59,573 nt of DNA from Basidiobolus meristosporus CBS 931.73. Taxonomy: Eukaryota; Fungi; Basidiobolomycota. Below the pieces are notes generated by a model, which saw nothing but the letters and a program-made list of their open reading frames with translations, was not told where the DNA came from and made no database searches. This document shows, in pieces, positions 53,401 through 59,573 of this stretch; positions within the stretch are counted from its first letter, which is position 1; the number at the start of each line of letters is the position of its first letter. The stretch spans positions 1 through 59,573 of the forward strand of contig MCFE01000549.1 of assembly GCA_002104905.1 (NCBI GenBank), in the 5' to 3' direction. The position numbers and the translations under genes are program-made.

Positions 53401-54025
53401 TGTCAAGGAATACTTACTGTAAGTATGACCCTGAGTCTTTCCCTGGTCTTGTCTCTAAAGGCCAAGATGCATTATCTTTGTAAAATTGTAGGCCAAAGCT
53501 GTATTTAATTTATCACCCTGCTAGTGTAATCCACAGTTGTTATAGAATTGGACACTTTAGTACAATACTCCATCAAAAAACATCAAAGCCAGTACCTTCT
53601 GGAGTGATGTTGCTTATCCAAGGTTTGGGATTCCCTATGAAAAATCATTTGGTCCCGCAGGTGGATCCAATCCGGATCATCCGACAAGATCCTGTTCAGA
53701 GACCATCATAATAACAGCAGCTTGGAATTAGTGACCCTCCTGATGATTTGATAACAAGATCATGATGGTGTTTTGCAAATTTTTCAGCCAAATAAAGGGA
53801 TAAAACTTGATGATTTTTGATTGGTGCTGTGACAATATTTGCATGTTATTGTTGCGGTCTTTCAGCGCTCTATTACTATTTTAAGTGGATCCAGTTGGCC
53901 AGGACTTCCAATTGCCTTATATGGCAAAAAACGTGACGGTATTTTGACGGCCTCACAGCAAGACTCTGATGGCTTTTTTTACGGCAGTATGATGGCCTGC
54001 TGCTGGTTATGTATAATGCTACCGT

Positions 54026-54829
54026 TGTGGTAGGGTAAACATACCTCCCACAGACAAGTTTATTTATATAGTCATTATGATATACTTATCCATATTTTAT
54101 CTTATCAGTATTATCCCATTCTTCTTTTGCCCATATTATCAGTATTATCCCCATATGATGTTTACCCTGATTAGTTATTAGCATTAGTTATCCCAGATGT
54201 TATTCAGCTTTGTGATCAGTAGATGTATCTATATAAGGCAAGTACCCATGTCAGTACCCGTGACACATGACCTAGGTCTGTGTTACCATCCCTACCATTT
54301 CAATACCATATATGGTATTTCTATGTTGCACAGGTTTCAGACTACTGATTCCTGATTGGTTGAGAGTGCTGTGCCTTTTAGAACCTTCCAGGACATTCTT
54401 GGCATATTTTTAGCTCATGGTGATGTCATCAAGAATTCCACTGATACCTAGAATCTTCTAGAACCTTGTCATTAGTAATCACTTGGCAATCAGGAAAAGT
54501 ATTTAAGGGAAAGCAATCCCTCATCAATAAATCATCCCTTCTATCAGTAACACCTCTACCTTATTGATTAGCAGTTGATCACTGCACCTGCCTTCAACAG
54601 TACATCTCAGACCTGCCATCAAGGAGCTTTTCAGGGTAGTGCACAAGACACACAGAGGCCTTTGGAGACACTTGGAGCACCTAGGAAGCTAGAGAAGCAG
54701 GAGCTTTTACCATAGTGACATATTGACAAAGACACCAGCAGTTTAGACACAGAGGTTATTGCACCCATCAGACACCTCACACACCTTGAGTTGTGTAGCT
54801 TCTCCCAGGAGTACCTCTACACCACCACA
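54026..54829 (+). repeat. 5' LTR (804 bp)
   Basis: TGTGGTAGGG...CACCACCACA. Confidence 0.97.
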
Positions 54830-54833
54830 TATT

Positions 54834-54850
54834 TGGCACCCAACGTGGGG
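54834..54850 (+). other. PBS, tRNA-Lys(CUU)-like
   Basis: TGGCACCCAACGTGGGG versus the known Lys1,2 PBS TGGCGCCCAACGTGGGG (16/17). Confidence 0.75.
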
Positions 54851-54903
54851 GGTTTGACTGAACTGCCCCTAGAAGACTTAAGAAAGAACAAATTATCAAG
54901 ACC

Positions 54904-56760
54904 ATGGATCTACCTTTACCAGGAATGCAAGGAACCCCTTTCTTTGATGGAACCAAAGTCAAAGCTTTCATCAAGAGGTGGGAGCTTTTCTGCAGAGCCC
55001 ACAAAATACCTGAGGCCATTATGGCCAAAGAGATGCCCCCCTACAGCACTGATGAGATCATGCTCTCATTATATGAAAGAAATGATCTGCTGACAAATTG
55101 GACCCTGTTGAAGAGCTACTTGAGTGATGAATATGGAGAGAGACAAGTTGACTACACACTTCAAGACTTGGAGAACTTTGCTTATAGCAAGTTTAAGCTT
55201 CTACCATTGAAAGAATACTTGAGTGGCCTTGAGCAAATTGGAGAGTCACTGAAAGCCCAAGGCATTATCACTGATCTGACTTTATCTGCCTATCTTCTCA
55301 GAGCACTACCAGAAGGCCTGGTGAGAAGGATTGAAAACAATCCTACTGTGAAAGCTATGAGTTCACTGCCTGCATTTCAGTTAGCTAAGCAGATTCTACT
55401 TGCCCCTGAAGAAACCTCACCAACCAGAAAGCTTCTTTCAAGCCCAGAACAAAACCAAGATAGCCAAGACATACTTAATCCCAGCAATCAAAGCACTCAA
55501 ATTCAGGAGCTGACACAGCAACTAGAGAAACTCTCTTTGCTACTTGCCAGCAAAGCATATGGTCAGAAGCCAGTAGAAAAAGAAGTCAAATATACATGCA
55601 TGTGGTGTGACTCTGCCAACCATTCCAAGAGAAATTGCCAAGAGCTTCAGTCATTACTATCCACAGGTGATGTCCTATATAGTCCTCAGGGATACATAGT
55701 CAGTAAGCATGGTGACAAATTATCCACAGCATTTGGACAAGGAGGAATGAGAGTTCACTACAAGCAAGTCACCTCTCATACAAGAAAGGTTCACCTCCAT
55801 GAAGAAGAAGATCCTGACTACTTTGATCCAGCTGAAGTTCTGAACTTTGACTATGAGGACCCCAGAGAGGCCCAAGATCATATAGCTTCAATTTATGCTT
55901 CAAAGAGACACCATCCTGAAAAAATGGCTAATCCACGCCCAGCAACAAAAGTACCAAGATGTGAGCCAGAAGTTGTGATTGAGAAGAAAGCATCACCCCC
56001 ATTAATTTTACAAGAGTCTGCCAAGGCCAACAACTACCACATGCAGCCTAGAGTCAAGCAAAATGGTACCCCAGAGGCTCTGACAAGTCATATACTAGGA
56101 AGCAACATATCAATCAAGCTTGGAGAGCTACTCAGTGTATCACCATCTGTAAGAAAGACTCTGGATGAGCATATCAGAATAAGAAAGCATCCAATTGAAG
56201 CAACTCAAGGCAACCAGGTCAGGACAGTTCAAGGAAGCCAAGATATCAGTAAGCTGCATCAAAGCCAGAAACACTACTACTCAGTGGCAACTGCAACAAC
56301 TACAGGAACTGTGCATAATCAAGAAATCCTATGTCATATAGACAGTGGATCTGAGATATGTGTGATGCCTTTGGAGGCTTGGAAACAACTACCATGCAAA
56401 GACCTATTGCCCATAGACACCAATATCAATTGGAGCATGAAGGATGCCAACTCAGGGCAATCAAAGCTTTTAGAAATTATTCACAGCTTCCCTCTCATCA
56501 TTGAAGGAATACCCCATGAGATCCCAGTATTCATTTGTGCAAAGGCTAACTTTGAATTACTTCTTGGAAGACCATGGGAAGTAAAAGCAAGAGCAACTGC
56601 AGTGAACTACCCAGATGGTTCAGCATGGTATACTATATACTCAGAGAGCCCAGGACTAACAGCAACCTTCTGTGGTGTGGACTCAAACAATATCCGATCA
56701 ATGACATCATGTAGATTTCTATCTCAAGAAAGGACAGGTGGCTTCATTGAGGAAGACTGA
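54904..56760 (+). CDS. gag: Intact 618-aa Gag-zinc knuckle-aspartic protease
   Basis: CMWCDSANHSKRNC; LCHIDSGSEI; LLLGRPW; no stops. Confidence 0.92.
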   Translation: MDLPLPGMQGTPFFDGTKVKAFIKRWELFCRAHKIPEAIMAKEMPPYSTDEIMLSLYERNDLLTNWTLLKSYLSDEYGERQVDYTLQDLENFAYSKFKLLPLKEYLSGLEQIGESLKAQGIITDLTLSAYLLRALPEGLVRRIENNPTVKAMSSLPAFQLAKQILLAPEETSPTRKLLSSPEQNQDSQDILNPSNQSTQIQELTQQLEKLSLLLASKAYGQKPVEKEVKYTCMWCDSANHSKRNCQELQSLLSTGDVLYSPQGYIVSKHGDKLSTAFGQGGMRVHYKQVTSHTRKVHLHEEEDPDYFDPAEVLNFDYEDPREAQDHIASIYASKRHHPEKMANPRPATKVPRCEPEVVIEKKASPPLILQESAKANNYHMQPRVKQNGTPEALTSHILGSNISIKLGELLSVSPSVRKTLDEHIRIRKHPIEATQGNQVRTVQGSQDISKLHQSQKHYYSVATATTTGTVHNQEILCHIDSGSEICVMPLEAWKQLPCKDLLPIDTNINWSMKDANSGQSKLLEIIHSFPLIIEGIPHEIPVFICAKANFELLLGRPWEVKARATAVNYPDGSAWYTIYSESPGLTATFCGVDSNNIRSMTSCRFLSQERTGGFIEED

Positions 56761-56793
56761 GAGAGCACTTTGTTCTCCAAACTTACAGTGGTT

Positions 56794-56838
56794 AGCTAAA
56801 AAGTTCCCTGAAACTTTTTAGCTCAAGTGGGGGGTGGA
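56794..56838 (+). other. 12-bp perfect hairpin (56794-56823) followed by PPT AAGTGGGGGGTGGA (56825-56838)
   Basis: AGCTAAAAAGTT-ccctga-AACTTTTTAGCT. Confidence 0.8.
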
Positions 56839-57642
56839 TGTGGTAGGGTAAACATACCTCCCACAGACAAGTTTATTTATATAGTCATTATGATATACTT
56901 ATCCATATTTTATCTTATCAGTATTATCCCATTCTTCTTTTGCCCATATTATCAGTATTATCCCCATATGATGTTTACCCTGATTAGTTATTAGCATTAG
57001 TTATCCCAGATGTTATTCAGCTTTGTGATCAGTAGATGTATCTATATAAGGCAAGTACCCGCGTCAGTACCTGTGACACATGACCTAGGTCTGTGTTACC
57101 ATCCCTACCATTTCAATACCATATATGGTATTTCTATGTTGCACAGGTTTCAGACTACTGATTCCTGATTGGTTGAGAGTGCTGTGCCTTTTAGAACCTT
57201 CCAGGACATTCTTGGCATATTTTTAGCTCATGGTGATGTCATCAAGAATTCCACTGATACCTAGAAGCTTCTAGAACCTTGTCATTAGTAATCACTTGGC
57301 AATCAGGAAAAGTATTTAAGGGAAAGCAATCCCTCATCAATAAATCATCCCTTCTATCAGTAACACCTCTACCTTATTGATTAGCAGTTGATCACTGCAC
57401 CTGCCTTCAACAGTACATCTCAGACCTGCCATCAAGGAGCTTTTCAGGGTAGTGCACAAGACACACAGAGGCCTTTGGAGACACTTGTAGCACCTAGGAA
57501 GCTAGAGAAGCAGGAGCTTTTACCATAGTGACATATTGACAAAGACACCAGCAGTTTAGACACAGAGGTTATTGCACCCATCAGACACCTCACACACCTT
57601 GAGTTGTGTAGTTTCTCCCAGGAGTACCTCTACACCACCACA
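56839..57642 (+). repeat. 3' LTR (804 bp)
   Basis: ~99% identical to the 5' LTR. Confidence 0.97.
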
Positions 57643-58079
57643 CCGTGCCATTTTACCAAATGGTATTTCCCTTTTCTACCTCCCTTTGTGCAACTCATAT
57701 ATTCCACTGTAGAATCACCTTTCTTTATTTGCTTACCCACTACTACCTTGGGTATTCCACATATAGTTTGAATCAAAAAAAACTATGGCCTCCTGCTTAC
57801 TAACCTCTACAAATGCGCACACCTGCCGCAATTGACATACTTCTATCACCTCAACTTTACGGCTTTTTGGAGTGATACTTGCAAAGTTGCCATATACCTT
57901 GTACTGCTGGTAGCATATACATCTTGCAAACATATGCTTGGTTGTTGCCACTTCTGCCATGAATACCTCCTGAAAATCAGCAAAGAACTTCTTGGTATTT
58001 AGCCAATATATTCCTTCTCCCTGCTGGATTCTAGTCCCCCTTATAGGTGTGCTCTGGCTTTTGTTAGTGTGAATTCCGT

Positions 58080-58883
58080 TGTGGTAGGGTAAACATACCT
58101 CCCACAGACAAGTTTATTCATATAGTCATTATGATATACTTATCCATATTTTATCTTACCAGTATTATCCCATTCTTCTTTTGCCCATATCATCAGTATT
58201 ATCCCCATATGATGTTTACCCTGATTAGTTATTAGCATTAGTTATCCCAGATGTTATTCAGCTTTGTGATCAATAGATGTATCTATATAAGGCAAGCACC
58301 CACGTCAGTACCCGTGACACATGACCTAGGTCTGTGTTACCATCTCTACCATTTCAATACCATATATGGTATTTCTATGTTGCACAGGTTTCAGACTACT
58401 GATTCCTGATTGGTTGAGTGTGCTGTGCCTATTAGAACCTTCCAGGACATTCTTGGCATATTTTTAGCTCATAGTGATGTCATCAAGAATTCCACTGATA
58501 CCTAGAATCTTCTAGAACCTTGTCATTAGTAATCACTTGGCAATCAGGAAAAGTATTTAAGGGAAAGCAATCCCTCATCAATAAATCATCCCTTCTATCA
58601 GTAACACTTCTACCTTATTGATTAGCAGTTGATCACTGCACCTGCCTTCAGCAGTACATCTAAGACCTGCCATCAAGGAGCTTTTCAGGGTAGTGCACAA
58701 GACACACAGAGGCCTTTGGAGACACTTGGAGCACCTAGGAAGCTAGAGAAGCAGGAGCTTTTACCATAGAGACATACTGACAAAGACACCAGCAGTTTAG
58801 ACCCAGAGGTTATTGCACCCATCAGACACCTCACACACCTTGAGTTGTGTAGCTTCTCCCCGGAATACCTCTACACCACCACA
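58080..58883 (+). mobile_element. Solo LTR (804 bp) of the same family
   Basis: ~20 differences from the paired LTRs; TSD CCGT at 58076-58079 and 58884-58887. Confidence 0.97.
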
Positions 58884-59573
58884 CCGTATTGAATGGTGTA
58901 GAAGTTGGCTTGTGATCACAAGAAATCCGGCATATCTTGGTGGAGTTTTCCTGATAAAAATTAGGTGCTTGTAGCACCCAACCTACTTTGCATGGGGCTG
59001 CTTAGCTTCTTAATGCCATAGGCATAGGTGTCTCCATGTGCACATTTGTCCTCAGTATTTTCCAACTCTTTCTGGCTGTCCTCCATGTGCCAACTCATCA
59101 CATCCATGATGGACTTGAGGGTAATATTCTTGATGAGATTGGGATATGGTAGTACCTGCAACTTGACTTGTCTTCCTATCTCCCCACACATCTGCTCCAT
59201 AGGAAACTCCCAAAAGGTGAAGCAAGGCCTGATATTCTCCACACACCGTGCAAGATGGAGTAGAGAATGGATACAGTAGTGGCAGAGATCTACACGTTCA
59301 GCTTTATGTTTATAGTATAGCCGCTCAAATCCCGTCACAAACTCCTCACACAACAGATGTAGATGCGTCAAGTTGGCATTGGTGATCCGCTTCTGGATAA
59401 ATATTCCTACAACGTCCACATATGACTCCAAATGCTTCCAATGTACTCTTGGTAGGAATGGCTTCAGAACACCACTTGAATAAATACATATCCAGTTCAT
59501 CCAGTCTTTGCATTTGTATTGTTGCATATGCGTAAGAATATTAATTGGAGCCCGTGAGAAGTACTTAGGGTAG

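Larger units (their letters stand above)
54026..57642 (+). mobile_element. Young non-autonomous LTR retroelement (3617 bp): LTR-PBS-gag/protease-PPT-LTR
   Basis: 804-bp LTRs with ~6 differences; TSD CCGT at 54022-54025 and 57643-57646. Confidence 0.97.
53633..59573 (-). mobile_element. EnSpm copy E6 (apparently the youngest; runs off the window), transposase C-terminal part on minus, with two LTR insertions
   Basis: Starts CCCTATGAAAAATC; retains many CpGs; ORF 58961-59527 has HSLLHL...WEFPMEQMCG. Confidence 0.85.

Noticed and set aside
53340-53520. Plus-frame LEKYLSRNTYCKYDPESFPGLV resembles the TATA-binding protein motif YEPE.FPGL
   Set aside because: Short match between stops, without the correct downstream spacing or a second repeat; the opposite strand hints at a LINE remnant. 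Treated as chance.
886-59279. The many 60-150 aa ORFs in the track as separate genes
   Set aside because: Almost all are antisense or off-frame shadows, or stop-delimited pieces, of the TE ORFs listed.

Overview
Eukaryotic, most likely fungal (inference from Ty5-type and Ty3-type primer sites and fungal-type EnSpm motifs), transposon-saturated window with no recognisable host gene, rRNA, tRNA or CRISPR array. CpG is strongly depleted, and many defects in the ORFs look like CpG>TpG/CpA decay. Content: (i) seven copies or fragments of a ~5.8-kb CCC-ended CMC/EnSpm-like DNA transposon carrying a DDE transposase and a divergent unknown ORF2; (ii) a Ty3/Gypsy family with 368-bp LTRs and 4-bp TSDs (copies A and B, older relative C, one solo LTR); (iii) Ty1/Copia elements with half-tRNA-iMet primer sites; (iv) a second Gypsy-like LTR family whose youngest copy (54026-57642) encodes only an intact Gag-zinc knuckle-protease ORF, and whose three complete TSDs all have a central CpG (CCGT, CCGT, CCGC); (v) a PIF/Harbinger-superfamily (PHIS) transposase remnant and a 211-bp MITE with an ATT TSD. 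Several post-insertion events can be reconstructed: a 529-bp near-identical tract between two otherwise diverged inverted EnSpm copies, a Gypsy copy carrying the 240-bp 5' flank of a neighbouring copy, and a ~1.4-kb inversion splitting an LTR. All alignments were done by eye; coordinates of degenerate ends are approximate.
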